Positions 38,674 to 48,956 of a stretch of 64,000 bases of DNA are shown one piece after another. The number at the start of each line of letters is the position of its first letter. Position 1 is the stretch's first letter. Position numbers and translations under genes: made by a program. This DNA comes from an uncultured Acidobacteriota bacterium. Its GTDB lineage: Bacteria; Acidobacteriota; UBA6911; RPQK01; JAPXNP01. The notes beneath the pieces are model-generated. The model was not told where the DNA came from and made no database searches. It worked only from the letters and a program-made list of their open reading frames with translations. The DNA is taken from the NCBI GenBank assembly GCA_963777605.1, contig CAVZRV010000010.1:160001-224000 (forward strand), read 5' to 3'.

Positions 38674-39624
38674 GTGAGAAAACTCCAGTTGTTTCCCCTT
38701 CTCGGACTCATTGCCCTGGCCGGGTTCACATTCCGGGATTTTCACCTGCTGGCCCAGCAGACGCCCCGCTACAGCACGCACGTCGAACAGGTCGTGGTCT
38801 ACGCATCGGTGTACGACGATAAGATGCAGTTGGCCACCGACCTGACCCGATCCGATTTCATGCTGTTCGAGGACAAGGTCGAGCAGCAGTTGACCAGCTT
38901 CGCCAAGACCGACATTCCCTCGACAATAGGAATCGTCTTGGACTCGAGTGGCAGCATGAAGGGCAAATGGAGGATGGTCGAAGGCGCGGTCGATCTCTTC
39001 CTGTCCCAGAACAACCCGTCCAACGAACTCTTCTTTATCCGGTTCGACGACGAGGTTGAACTGGAAGAGGATCTCACCTACGAGCCCGAGGACATCCGGG
39101 ACGCCGTGAGCAACGTGGTCGTCAAGGGAGGGACATCGCTCTGGGACGCCATCTTTCTTGCCGTCGACAAGGCCGGGCAAGGCCACGAACCCAAGAAGGT
39201 CGTCGTCGTCTTCACCGACGGTGAGGACAAGGACAGTTACTACAAGCAGTCGGAAGTCCTCGACAAAGTCCAGGAAGCCGACACGCAGATTTTCATAGTT
39301 GCATTTCTGGATAAGGACCTGACCGACGACAAGGGCTTTTTCGGTATTTTCAAGTCCCAGCGTGAGAAAGTCCAGAAGGAGATCTCCGAGGTGGCGGAGG
39401 TCACGGGAGGGCTGGCCTTCTTTCCGGAATCGACCGACGAACTCAACCCCGCCTTCGAAGCCATTGCCTACGAACTGAAGAACCAGTACCGACTCGCTTA
39501 CATCTCGTCCAACCCCAACCGGGACGGCAACTGGAGGAAGATCGACGTCAAGGTCAAAGACGCCAAGGAGCGCGGCCTTCGCGTCCGGGCCAAGAAAGGC
39601 TACTCGGCCCCCAAGGACTCATAA
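38674..39624 (+). CDS. Secreted VWA-domain protein (Acidobacterial type); tandem paralog of the previous gene
   Basis: Signal peptide; DSSGS, TSLWDA, TDGED; ends RAKKGY.AP. Confidence 0.9.
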   Translation: MRKLQLFPLLGLIALAGFTFRDFHLLAQQTPRYSTHVEQVVVYASVYDDKMQLATDLTRSDFMLFEDKVEQQLTSFAKTDIPSTIGIVLDSSGSMKGKWRMVEGAVDLFLSQNNPSNELFFIRFDDEVELEEDLTYEPEDIRDAVSNVVVKGGTSLWDAIFLAVDKAGQGHEPKKVVVVFTDGEDKDSYYKQSEVLDKVQEADTQIFIVAFLDKDLTDDKGFFGIFKSQREKVQKEISEVAEVTGGLAFFPESTDELNPAFEAIAYELKNQYRLAYISSNPNRDGNWRKIDVKVKDAKERGLRVRAKKGYSAPKDS

Positions 39625-39773
39625 CCCGGGATTCGCCTTGAAATTGGTTTTTCGGAACCCCAGACCAAAGACGTCGCCAAGATTCTTTGGGCCGAACAAA
39701 GAGACCAGACCCTGCTTTCTGACGACTGCTGATCACTGTTGACTTGGGGCAGTCCCGCGCCTATTCTGACGGG

Positions 39774-40718
39774 ATGGTCAAAGCGAGTAAGATCTGGCAC
39801 AACGGCAAACTCATCGCGTGGGACGATGCCAAGGTTCACGTGATCGCCCACGTGTTTCATTACGGCACCAGCGTTTTCGAAGGTATTCGCTGCTATCAGA
39901 CTCGGCGAGGTTCTGAAGTATTCCGGCTCCAGGAACACATGCAGCGACTCTATAACTCGGCCAGAGTCTACCGGATGGAGATTCCTTTCTCTCTCGAAGA
40001 CCTTGAGGAAGCAACCCTGGCAACGATTCGGGCCAATGAACTGAAGCACTGCTACATTCGTCCCCTGGTTTTCCGCGGAGTCGGTGCGATCGGTGTCAAC
40101 CCGATCAAGAACCCGGTTGAGAGCTACATTCTGACTTGGGAGTGGGGCAAGTATTTGGGCGATGAAGCCATTGAACAAGGCGTCGACGTCTGTGTTTCGA
40201 GCTGGCACCGGGCCGCCCCAAACACGTTTCCGACGATGGCCAAGGCGGGTGGCAACTACCTCAACAGCACGCTCGTGAAGATGGAAGCGGTCGCGAACGG
40301 GTACGCCGAGGGGATCGCCCTCGATACCAACGGCTACATCAGTGAAGGTAGCGGAGAGAACGTCTTCATCTTCTACGAAGGACGACTTTGGACACCGCCG
40401 ACAGCCAACGCCATCCTCCCTGGAATCACCCGGAACAGCGTCCTTCGACTATGCGAAGAACTGGGAATCGACGTAGTGGAGCAGCAAATACCCCGGGAAA
40501 TGCTCTATTTAGCCGATGAGATCTTCATGACTGGAACCGCCGCGGAAATCACCCCGGTTCGATCGGTCGACCGAATGCCGGTCGGAGCCGGCAGGCGAGG
40601 CGAAGTTACGGCCCAGCTTCAGCGCCGGTTCTTTGACTACGTTGAAGGGGCGGTTGAAGACCGCTACGGTTGGATGACGCCGGTTTACGCCGAGAAGCCA
40701 GTCGGAAGGGAATCCTGA
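39774..40718 (+). CDS. ilvE: Branched-chain amino acid aminotransferase
   Basis: HYG..VFEGIR, YIRP, KAGGNY, EGSGEN, LPGITR and GTAAE motifs. Confidence 0.96.
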   Translation: MVKASKIWHNGKLIAWDDAKVHVIAHVFHYGTSVFEGIRCYQTRRGSEVFRLQEHMQRLYNSARVYRMEIPFSLEDLEEATLATIRANELKHCYIRPLVFRGVGAIGVNPIKNPVESYILTWEWGKYLGDEAIEQGVDVCVSSWHRAAPNTFPTMAKAGGNYLNSTLVKMEAVANGYAEGIALDTNGYISEGSGENVFIFYEGRLWTPPTANAILPGITRNSVLRLCEELGIDVVEQQIPREMLYLADEIFMTGTAAEITPVRSVDRMPVGAGRRGEVTAQLQRRFFDYVEGAVEDRYGWMTPVYAEKPVGRES

Positions 40719-40782
40719 ATCGATTCGCGATTGAACCTGATCTGATTTCCAACATTGCCGATAAGAAGGCAGAGGATGGGTC

Positions 40783-41874
40783 ATGATCGATCTGGGAAAA
40801 CTGTTGCGTCACGCCGTCAAGGTTGGGGCTTCCGATATCCACCTGAAGGTTGGCAATCATCCATTTATCCGGATTGAGGGACAACTTGCCCCTCTTACTT
40901 CCGAGGATGAAATCCGCAAGGAAGATACCATCGGGCTGGTCAAGGAGATCCTGAATCCGAGACAGCGTGAAATCCTGGCGGAAAGATCCGAAGTCGACCT
41001 CTCTTTCGGCGTTGATGCTATGGGGCGTTTCCGCCTCGCGGTATTCCAGCAGCGCGGCACGATCGCCATGGCGCTGCGACTCATCCCAACCGAGATTCCG
41101 ACCGTTGAGCAGCTCAATCTTCCGCCCGTCCTGAGCGAGATCGCTGAGGGTCAACGAGGGCTCGTTCTCGTCACGGGAATTACGGGAAGTGGAAAATCGA
41201 CCACGCTTGCGTCGATGATCAGCCATCTCAACGTTACGACCCGCGCCAACATCATCACCATCGAAGACCCCATCGAGTTTCTCCTCCGGGACAATCTGTG
41301 TCTGATCTCGCAGAGGGAAACCGCCAACGACACGCTCAACTTCGCATCTGCCCTGAGGGCGGCGATGCGGCAGGATCCGGACGTGATCATGGTTGGAGAA
41401 ATGCGCGATCAGGAAACCGTCCTCATTGCACTTCAGGCAGCCCAGACCGGACACCTGGTCCTGAGCACCCTGCACACAACTGATGCGATCACAACGGTCG
41501 ATCGCGTGATCGCCATGTTTCCGGTTTCGCAGCAGCAGGATGTTCGCTTTCAGCTGGCTTCCGCACTGACGGCGGTCATTTCGATGCGCCTGATCCGCAG
41601 CTCCATTTCCGGGAAGCGGCTTCCCGCCGTCGAAATCCTGCGCAACACCGACCAGGTGGCCTCGCTCATCGTCCAGCCCGACCGGATCAAGGAGATTCGG
41701 GGGGCCATGGAGTCCGGCAGGTCCCAGTACAAGATGCAGACCTTCGATCAGTCGATCTTCAATCATTACAAGGCCGGCCTGATCTCGAAGGAAGATGCCC
41801 TCAAGTATGCGACGTCTCCGGAAGATCTGCGGCTCAAGATCCAGGGTATCGTCAGCTCCTCGGAACTGGTGTGA
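40783..41874 (+). CDS. pilT: PilT/PilU family type IV pilus retraction ATPase
   Basis: ASDIH, GRFR, Walker A GITGSGKST, TIEDPIE, RQDPDVI.VGEMRD, TGHLV.STLH, MQTFDQ. Confidence 0.9.
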   Translation: MIDLGKLLRHAVKVGASDIHLKVGNHPFIRIEGQLAPLTSEDEIRKEDTIGLVKEILNPRQREILAERSEVDLSFGVDAMGRFRLAVFQQRGTIAMALRLIPTEIPTVEQLNLPPVLSEIAEGQRGLVLVTGITGSGKSTTLASMISHLNVTTRANIITIEDPIEFLLRDNLCLISQRETANDTLNFASALRAAMRQDPDVIMVGEMRDQETVLIALQAAQTGHLVLSTLHTTDAITTVDRVIAMFPVSQQQDVRFQLASALTAVISMRLIRSSISGKRLPAVEILRNTDQVASLIVQPDRIKEIRGAMESGRSQYKMQTFDQSIFNHYKAGLISKEDALKYATSPEDLRLKIQGIVSSSELV

Positions 41875-42335
41875 CCGAACCGCTCTACGACTACGCCATT
41901 CGGCTCCTGGCGCGCAGGGCCTATGGCACGGAGGAATTGCGTCGCAGACTGCGTCGCCGTCCTGACGCCGCCGATACCGAAAAAGTCCTGGAACGCCTCA
42001 CCGGCCACGGATATCTCGACGATGCCGCGTTCGCGGACGGGCGTGCCCGTTTTTGTCGACTTCGCAAGCGATGGGGCAACCTCCGGATTACGCAAGACTT
42101 AAAGAGGCTGGGTCTGAGTGCTAGAATGATTCGGCTTGCCGTAAGCCGGCTGGACGAAGTTTGTTCGGAGCGGGAAAGCCTGAAAAGCCTGATCGAGTCA
42201 TGGATCAAGAGCAGGGGAAAACCGGCCAAGGCGGCGGAATTGAAGAAATTATACGACCGATGCTTTCGACTCGGGTACCGCGCCGAACTGGTTCGAGCGG
42301 AACTCGGCGAGTTCTTTGATCGGATTGACTGGTAG
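41871..42335 (+). CDS. recX: Regulatory protein RecX
   Basis: A.RLLARR....EL, GYLDD..FA, G..RI..L..G three-helix repeats; position upstream of alaS. Confidence 0.85.
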   Translation: MTEPLYDYAIRLLARRAYGTEELRRRLRRRPDAADTEKVLERLTGHGYLDDAAFADGRARFCRLRKRWGNLRITQDLKRLGLSARMIRLAVSRLDEVCSERESLKSLIESWIKSRGKPAKAAELKKLYDRCFRLGYRAELVRAELGEFFDRIDW

Positions 42336-42455
42336 AACAACTGCGACCCGGCGCCCGCGACGGAACGAAGTCGAAATCCTCGCATAGACTGGTTCGGGCC
42401 ATCTTTATGAATCAATTTGACCGCGTGCCGGCTCAGCCCGAGTTCGGAACAAATC

Positions 42456-45092
42456 ATGAAAACTGCCAACGAGATTAGAGAAACTTTCCTGAAATATTTT
42501 GAAGAACGAGGCCACCGGCGGGTCAAGAGCAGTTCGCTGGTTCCCAAGAACGACCCCACTCTTCTCTTCACCAACGCCGGGATGAACCAGTTCAAGGACG
42601 TCTTCCTCGGCCAGGATAGCCGGGAGTACACGAGGGCCACGAGCAGCCAGAAGTGCATGCGGGTCAGCGGTAAGCACAACGACCTGGAAACCGTCGGCCG
42701 CACTCCGCGCCATCACACATTTTTCGAGATGCTGGGCAATTTCTCTTTTGGAGACTACTTCAAGACCGACGCGATCCGATTTGCCTGGGAACTCTGTACC
42801 GAGATCTACGGCATCGATGCGTCGCGCCTGATCGTGACGGTATTCGAACAGGACGACGAAGCCCTCCAAATCTGGAGAGATGTCGTCGGCGTTCCTGCAG
42901 ACCGGATCATCCGTTGCGGCGAGAAGGACAACTTCTGGGCGATGGGGGACACTGGCCCTTGCGGTCCCTGTTCCGAACTCCATTTCGACATGGGCGACCG
43001 GGTCGGAGACACGACGTCGCCGTTCGGTGAAGAATCAGACCGCTGGGTCGAGATCTGGAACCTCGTTTTCATGCAGTTCAACCGGGACAAAGGCGGAAAA
43101 ATGACGCCCCTTCCCTCTCCATCGATCGACACCGGGATGGGGCTGGAGCGAATCGCGGCCGTCATGCAGGGTGTCTCGAGCAACTACGAGACCGACCTCT
43201 TTCGACCGCTCGTCGAAGAGGCGTCCCGTCTGACCGCAATGGCATACGGCCAATACGAAAACACCGACGTCAGTCTGCGCATCCTGGCCGACCACAGCCG
43301 GGCGGCCATGTTCCTGGTCAACGACGGAATCGTGCCGGGCAACGAGGGTCGGGGCTACGTCTTGAGGAAGATCCTTCGCCGGGCCATCCGCCACGGAAAG
43401 ATGCTGGGCCAGGAGAAGCCCTTCATCTTTACTCTTACGTCACTGGTTTCCGAGATTATGGCCCAGGCCTACCCGGAGCTTTTGAACAGCCGGGAGTACG
43501 CCGCGACAGTTGTCAAAAACGAGGAAGAGAAATTCTCCGCCACGCTCAGCCAGGGTCTGAGCCTACTCGAAGACCTCTTTCGACAGCTGGACTCTTCGAC
43601 AAGCCGGACAATTCCCGGCGCCGAACTGTTCCGGCTCTACGACACCTACGGATTCCCCTTCGACCTGGCCCGGGAGATAGGGCAGGAACGGGGATTCGAA
43701 ATCGACGAGCAAGGATTCCGCGAGGAACTCGAGAAACAGCGGACACGGGCGCGGGCCAGTTGGAAAGGCGGAGAAACGCAGGTGCTGCCGCTCCATCGCA
43801 CCCTTTCTCAGCGGGGCTTTGAGACTGCGTTCACCGGGTACGAGCATCTCGCCGACGTCGAGAGTCACATCCTGGCTCTCGTCAAAGGGGACGCCGAGGT
43901 AGACAGCCTGCACGAAGGCGAGGAAGGCGAGATGATCCTGGACCAATCTCCGTTTTATGCTGAAGCGGGTGGTCAGGTGGGCGACCGCGGACTAGTCGAA
44001 ACGGAAACTGCCAGGGCCGAGGTCGTCGATACCTATTCACCCGTCGGCGGACTTCGACTGCACCGCATTCGGGTCCAGCACGGTGCCATCAAAGTCGGCG
44101 AGAAGGTTGCGTCCACGGTCGATATGGATCGGCGTCAGGATACAATGAGCAATCACACGGCTACCCACCTGCTGCACGCGGCCCTTCACGAAACCGTCGG
44201 CGAGCACGTCAAGCAGGCCGGCTCCCTGGTCTCACCAGAACGGCTCCGTTTTGATTTCACGCACTACAAGTCCCTCACGCCCTGGGAACTCCGCCAGATC
44301 GAAGAGCGGGTGAACGAAAAGATTCGCGAGAACATCAAGGTTCATACGGAGATCATGGACCTGGATCAGGCGGTTGACAGCGGGGCGATGGCGCTGTTCG
44401 GAGAAAAGTACAATCAGCAGGTACGGGTGGTCTCTGTCCCGGGGTTCAGCAAGGAACTCTGTGGTGGTACTCACGTCGATCGAACCGGGGACATCGCCGT
44501 ATTCAAGATCCTCACCGAAAGCAGCATTTCGGCCGGAGTTCGTCGAGTCGAGGCGGTTACCCGGGAAATTGCCGTTCACCGCTTTCTCGAAGACGAGGAG
44601 ATGTTGGACACGCTCGGCGAACAGCTTCGGGTGAAACGGGACCAGTTGCCCGATACCATCTCCCGGCTGGTTGCGGACGTGCGGATCGCAAGCCGCGAGA
44701 TCGAGAAGCTCAAACTCCAGATTGCCCGAAAGGACAGCTCGGATGCGGCGGCGGAAGCCCGTGACATCAAGGGCATCCGGGTGCTCTCGCGAAAAGTCGA
44801 GAACCTCGACCGCAACACTCTCCGCCAGCTTGCCGATCAGATGCTGAACCGGCTCCAGTCGGGCGTCGTGGTGCTGGGTTGTCCTGAAAACGGGAAGGTC
44901 AACCTGGTGGTCATGGTCAGCAAGGATGTCTCATCCCGTGTCAAGGCCAACGAACTGATCCGGCCGATTGCCCGGATCGTTGGAGGCGGCGGCGGCGGCA
45001 AGCCCGACCTTGCGGAGGCGGGTGGGAAACGGCCCGAGCAGCTGGAAGAAGCCCTCGAAGCGGTCTACGGCCTGGTCGAGGCAGCCCTTTAG
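42456..45092 (+). CDS. alaS: Alanine--tRNA ligase
   Basis: DPTLLFTNAGMNQFK, HHTFFEMLGNFS, DTGMGLER, HTATHLLH, ELCGGTH and GGGGK motifs. Confidence 0.98.
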   Translation: MKTANEIRETFLKYFEERGHRRVKSSSLVPKNDPTLLFTNAGMNQFKDVFLGQDSREYTRATSSQKCMRVSGKHNDLETVGRTPRHHTFFEMLGNFSFGDYFKTDAIRFAWELCTEIYGIDASRLIVTVFEQDDEALQIWRDVVGVPADRIIRCGEKDNFWAMGDTGPCGPCSELHFDMGDRVGDTTSPFGEESDRWVEIWNLVFMQFNRDKGGKMTPLPSPSIDTGMGLERIAAVMQGVSSNYETDLFRPLVEEASRLTAMAYGQYENTDVSLRILADHSRAAMFLVNDGIVPGNEGRGYVLRKILRRAIRHGKMLGQEKPFIFTLTSLVSEIMAQAYPELLNSREYAATVVKNEEEKFSATLSQGLSLLEDLFRQLDSSTSRTIPGAELFRLYDTYGFPFDLAREIGQERGFEIDEQGFREELEKQRTRARASWKGGETQVLPLHRTLSQRGFETAFTGYEHLADVESHILALVKGDAEVDSLHEGEEGEMILDQSPFYAEAGGQVGDRGLVETETARAEVVDTYSPVGGLRLHRIRVQHGAIKVGEKVASTVDMDRRQDTMSNHTATHLLHAALHETVGEHVKQAGSLVSPERLRFDFTHYKSLTPWELRQIEERVNEKIRENIKVHTEIMDLDQAVDSGAMALFGEKYNQQVRVVSVPGFSKELCGGTHVDRTGDIAVFKILTESSISAGVRRVEAVTREIAVHRFLEDEEMLDTLGEQLRVKRDQLPDTISRLVADVRIASREIEKLKLQIARKDSSDAAAEARDIKGIRVLSRKVENLDRNTLRQLADQMLNRLQSGVVVLGCPENGKVNLVVMVSKDVSSRVKANELIRPIARIVGGGGGGKPDLAEAGGKRPEQLEEALEAVYGLVEAAL

Positions 45093-45225
45093 GCCTGGAG
45101 TGGTCGGGAGAGAAATGATTTCAGCGAACGGGATGGGGAATGGATTCGACGTCAAGACGGAATTTATCCCTTTTGTGTCGAGTATCACTCGACTTTTCAG
45201 GGGCAGGGCGCATCATACCAACCAA

Positions 45226-45897
45226 GTGGGAAAGATAGCTGCAATTCTCCTGGTACTGCTCTCCACCTCGCTTTACGGCGAACGACTCTATTCTTACGTC
45301 GATGAATCCGGGATCAGAGTTCTCACCAACCTGGGCAGCAAACGGGCTGGTTCGGCACCTGAAACTCAGGCGGCCACCGAGGTCGATGATGGCAACTATG
45401 TTTCCCTGATCCGTCAGTACGGCTCCCAGTACGGTGTTGATGAAGACCTGATTCGCGCAATCATCAAAGTCGAAAGTGGGTTCGACCCCAGGGCCGTGTC
45501 TGCCAAGGACTGCAAGGGCCTGATGCAGCTGCACCCCGACACGGCCAGGCGTTTCGGTGTCACGAATAGCTTCGATCCCGCGGAGAACATCGAAGGAGGG
45601 GTCAAGTATCTCACCTTCCTCATGGATTCCTTCGATCGCAAGCTGGACCTCGTCCTGGCCGCCTACAACGCCGGGGAAAATGCGGTTCGTCGCTACCATG
45701 GGGTTCCACCGTACCCTGAAACTATCGAATACGTGGACAGGGTAAAAACCGCTTTCGGAAAGGACCTGGCGCCTCCCAGTCCGGTTCGACATGTCCAGCG
45801 GGTCGTCCGTGTGATTGATGAAAACGGCGCTGTCGTTCTAACCAATGCCCCCGTCCAGACCATGGCGGATGCGCAGTCGGCCAGGTTGTCCCGCTGA
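45226..45897 (+). CDS. Lytic transglycosylase (SLT domain) with short N-terminal DUF4124-like segment; start uncertain
   Basis: ES.FDP.AVS, GLMQL.P.TA, NI.GG..YL, AAYNAG and ET..YV motifs; signal peptide from GTG 45226. Confidence 0.9.
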   Translation: MGKIAAILLVLLSTSLYGERLYSYVDESGIRVLTNLGSKRAGSAPETQAATEVDDGNYVSLIRQYGSQYGVDEDLIRAIIKVESGFDPRAVSAKDCKGLMQLHPDTARRFGVTNSFDPAENIEGGVKYLTFLMDSFDRKLDLVLAAYNAGENAVRRYHGVPPYPETIEYVDRVKTAFGKDLAPPSPVRHVQRVVRVIDENGAVVLTNAPVQTMADAQSARLSR

Positions 45898-46139
45898 CCC
45901 TCCAATCGGGGAGAGCCGCTCTCCGCGCCAAATCGTCGATTTCGTCTAAAATAGTCCTTGATGTGAAGAAGTATCCTGGCGCATTCAATGCTTCATTCGT
46001 CGAGCAGGGGCCTCGCGAATTTGCGATCAACGTAAACTCTGTCTCCGTGGGGTGGGACCTTCAATGACAGGCCCGTTGCTTATACTGGAACAAGTCGCAG
46101 CTATCGATAGTGTGGGGCTGTCCATTGACTTTTGATCAT

Positions 46140-47840
46140 ATGCCGTATCTGCGGGCGCGCCTTTTGACCGCGATATTTCTCGTGTCGCTGCTGGCCGTCC
46201 CTGTCGAGGGACGGGATCGGTCTGCTGCGCGCGAGGCTTTTCAGAAGGCGACGGAGTACCATGACTGGCTGCTCTCCCAACCCCAGGATTCGAGGTCGCC
46301 GGCTCAGTACCGCAGGAGCATTTATCTTTACCGCCTTGTCGTCGACCATGACCCGACCTACGGCGCCTGTGACGACGCCATTTTTACCATTGCCCAGCTC
46401 TATGAAGAAATGGGCCGGGAACTCGACCAGGCATCGTACTTACGGCGTGCCGCCTACTATTACGAGTTTGTCGCGCGCGAGTACCCCACGACCCATCACC
46501 GGGCCGCCGCGACTGAGCGGGCGGCCGAGTTGCGGAACCCCGCTTCTTCGGAACAGCTCCGCGCAAATGGGCCCAAGCCGCAGATTGTTCACGCAAAGGC
46601 AGTTCCGGACGAGAACCTGGCCCAACTAACCGAGGTCCGATACTGGTCGAACGAGGATTACACACGAGTAGTCCTGCAGCTGGACAAGGAAGTCGAATTC
46701 GAGAAAGAAGTGCTGCACGGCCCGGACCGGATCTACTTCGACCTGGAAGAGACCCGGGCGGATCCCTCACTCATCGACCAGGAGTATGACGTCAACGGGC
46801 TTTTCATCCGTCGCATTCGAGTTGGAGAGAACCGCCCCAACGTTGTCCGCGTCGTCCTTGATTTCGACCACGTCAACCAGCACACGGTATTCGCACTTTA
46901 CGACCCGTTCCGAATCGTGATCGACACGCGCGGCGAGCAAAGACCGCCGTCCACCCCTGCACCGACTGCCGATGCAACTGTCGCTCAGAAGGAGAGTCCG
47001 GCGACGGAGGCGCCTGCCTCCAACTCGAAAGAGGAAATTCAACCGGTCGGGCCCGATGAGAGCCAGGCCATCGCTGCCTCACCAACGATCCAAGGGAATT
47101 GGACGTTGACTCGGACCCTGGGCCTGAAGGTGGGGCGCGTCGTGATCGATCCCGGGCACGGTGGCAAAGACACCGGAACCATTGGATCGTCGGGTCTCCG
47201 GGAAAAGGATCTGGTTTTGGCCGTTGCGCTCAAGTTGAGAGATCTCCTCTCAGAACGCCTTGGAGTCGAAGTCATCCTGACCCGGCAGGATGACCGCTTC
47301 GTTCCGCTCGAAGAGCGCACGGCCATCGCGAACCAGAAGGGCGCGGACCTGTTCATCTCGATCCACGCCAACGCGTCCCGAAACCGAAAGGCTTCCGGGG
47401 TGGAAACCTACGTTCTCGACTTCGCCACCGATGAGGGCGAGATCGACGTGGCCAGCCGCGAGAATGCGACCGCCCAGCGCAACATTCGGGAACTCGAAGA
47501 TCTCCTGCGAAAGATCGCCCTGGGAGATTACGGACAGGAATCCCGAGACCTGGCCCACACGCTCCAGGGCAAACTGGTCGCAGCCATGATGCAAAACGGC
47601 CACCAACAGCGTGACCGGGGCATCAAACAGGCTCCGTTTATTGTTCTCATCGGCTCCAACATGCCGAGTATTCTGACCGAAATCGGGTTCATCAGTAACC
47701 CGAAGGATGAGAAGTTTTACAAAACCAATGAAGCGCGTCAGCAGGTTGCTGAAGCGTTGTACAGCGGCGTCGAGGCCTACTTCCAGTCACTGGGTGCGGC
47801 CCCCGCGACGCAGCAGGCGACTGCAGCCTCCGGACGGTGA
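46140..47840 (+). CDS. N-acetylmuramoyl-L-alanine amidase (TPR-like + AMIN + Amidase_3)
   Basis: IDPGHGGKD.G, EK, L.ER..IAN, SIHANA, PSIL.EIGF; AMIN-like TRVVL and DRIYFDL. Confidence 0.93.
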   Translation: MPYLRARLLTAIFLVSLLAVPVEGRDRSAAREAFQKATEYHDWLLSQPQDSRSPAQYRRSIYLYRLVVDHDPTYGACDDAIFTIAQLYEEMGRELDQASYLRRAAYYYEFVAREYPTTHHRAAATERAAELRNPASSEQLRANGPKPQIVHAKAVPDENLAQLTEVRYWSNEDYTRVVLQLDKEVEFEKEVLHGPDRIYFDLEETRADPSLIDQEYDVNGLFIRRIRVGENRPNVVRVVLDFDHVNQHTVFALYDPFRIVIDTRGEQRPPSTPAPTADATVAQKESPATEAPASNSKEEIQPVGPDESQAIAASPTIQGNWTLTRTLGLKVGRVVIDPGHGGKDTGTIGSSGLREKDLVLAVALKLRDLLSERLGVEVILTRQDDRFVPLEERTAIANQKGADLFISIHANASRNRKASGVETYVLDFATDEGEIDVASRENATAQRNIRELEDLLRKIALGDYGQESRDLAHTLQGKLVAAMMQNGHQQRDRGIKQAPFIVLIGSNMPSILTEIGFISNPKDEKFYKTNEARQQVAEALYSGVEAYFQSLGAAPATQQATAASGR

Positions 47841-47859
47841 TCTGCAGGCCGGATAATCC

Positions 47860-48939
47860 ATGAAAAGAACTCTCTTTTTCACTCTGATCGTAGCGTTCTC
47901 TTTCTGCTCCCTGGTGTGTGGGCAGCCGGATTTCGCCCAGTTCATTCCTTCGGACGGAGGATTCCACTTCACCCTGCAAGAAGAGGTGACCGACCCCGAG
48001 CAGGCGGCAGATAGTTTTCCCTTCACGGCGGCGGTGCTGGACGAGGCGGGGTTCCGATCCCTGTCTTCCTGGAAAGCTGACGCGGAGGGATTCGACCCGC
48101 TCGCTCTCGATGTCGTCGAGACGGCCGATTCCGTGGGGGCCTATGAACTATTCAACTTCCTTCGCGGGCTTTCTGCCGACTCGGACGGACGCAGCCTCAG
48201 CCTGCCGGTCGGAAACCGGATCGGCGGGAACGAGGGCATCTTCTGGAAAGGCAAATTTCTCTTTCGGGCTCATACGCCCATGGCTCCAATTCCCGAACAA
48301 GCCTTTGTCGGTCTCGTAACCAGCCTGGCCGGGTCGATTCCGATGGAGAATCTTCTGCCCGTCACGATTTCTCACCTTCCCGGCGAGGGCCTGGTCGACA
48401 ACTCGGTCCGCTTCTATCTCGGTTCCGCGTCGCTGGAGGAGAACGACCGCTTCCCGGAACCGCTGCTCAAGGAGATTGGTCTTTCGGATCGAATCGAAAT
48501 CGCCTACGGCCGATACGAACCGGGCGGGGACGCACTCTTCGTGATCGGGTACCCGACCGTCGCCCTGGCGCGAGAATACCTTGAGCGCATGCAGGACAGC
48601 CTCCAGGCGTTCTTTTCCAGGGAAGGAATCTACATGAAGCGGAGCGGGATTCTGATCGGCCTCTTTGTCGGACCGGAAGACCGTGCCGTCAAGGTCTTGT
48701 CCGAACTCAACTACGCCCCGAGCATTCAGTGGGTTCAGGACGAGAAACCGAAAGATCAACGCCAGGAGACAATCACCTTTCTTGGCCTGGTAACCAAGGC
48801 CATTCTCGGGACCGGAACGCTGCTCCTGATCATCATCGCCACCGGGATCGGCGCCGGTTTCATTCGATACGGTCTCATCCGCAGGTACCCCGTCCTGCTG
48901 CGACGGGACGACATGGTACGCCTGAACTTGGAGAACTGA
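47860..48939 (+). CDS. Exported hypothetical protein with C-terminal membrane anchor (DUF6599-like)
   Basis: Signal peptide; D..GAY, LP.EGL...S..F, YPT..LA; C-terminal TM; ends RLNL. Confidence 0.7.
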   Translation: MKRTLFFTLIVAFSFCSLVCGQPDFAQFIPSDGGFHFTLQEEVTDPEQAADSFPFTAAVLDEAGFRSLSSWKADAEGFDPLALDVVETADSVGAYELFNFLRGLSADSDGRSLSLPVGNRIGGNEGIFWKGKFLFRAHTPMAPIPEQAFVGLVTSLAGSIPMENLLPVTISHLPGEGLVDNSVRFYLGSASLEENDRFPEPLLKEIGLSDRIEIAYGRYEPGGDALFVIGYPTVALAREYLERMQDSLQAFFSREGIYMKRSGILIGLFVGPEDRAVKVLSELNYAPSIQWVQDEKPKDQRQETITFLGLVTKAILGTGTLLLIIIATGIGAGFIRYGLIRRYPVLLRRDDMVRLNLEN

Positions 48940-48956
48940 GCCGGCCGAACGCTCCC

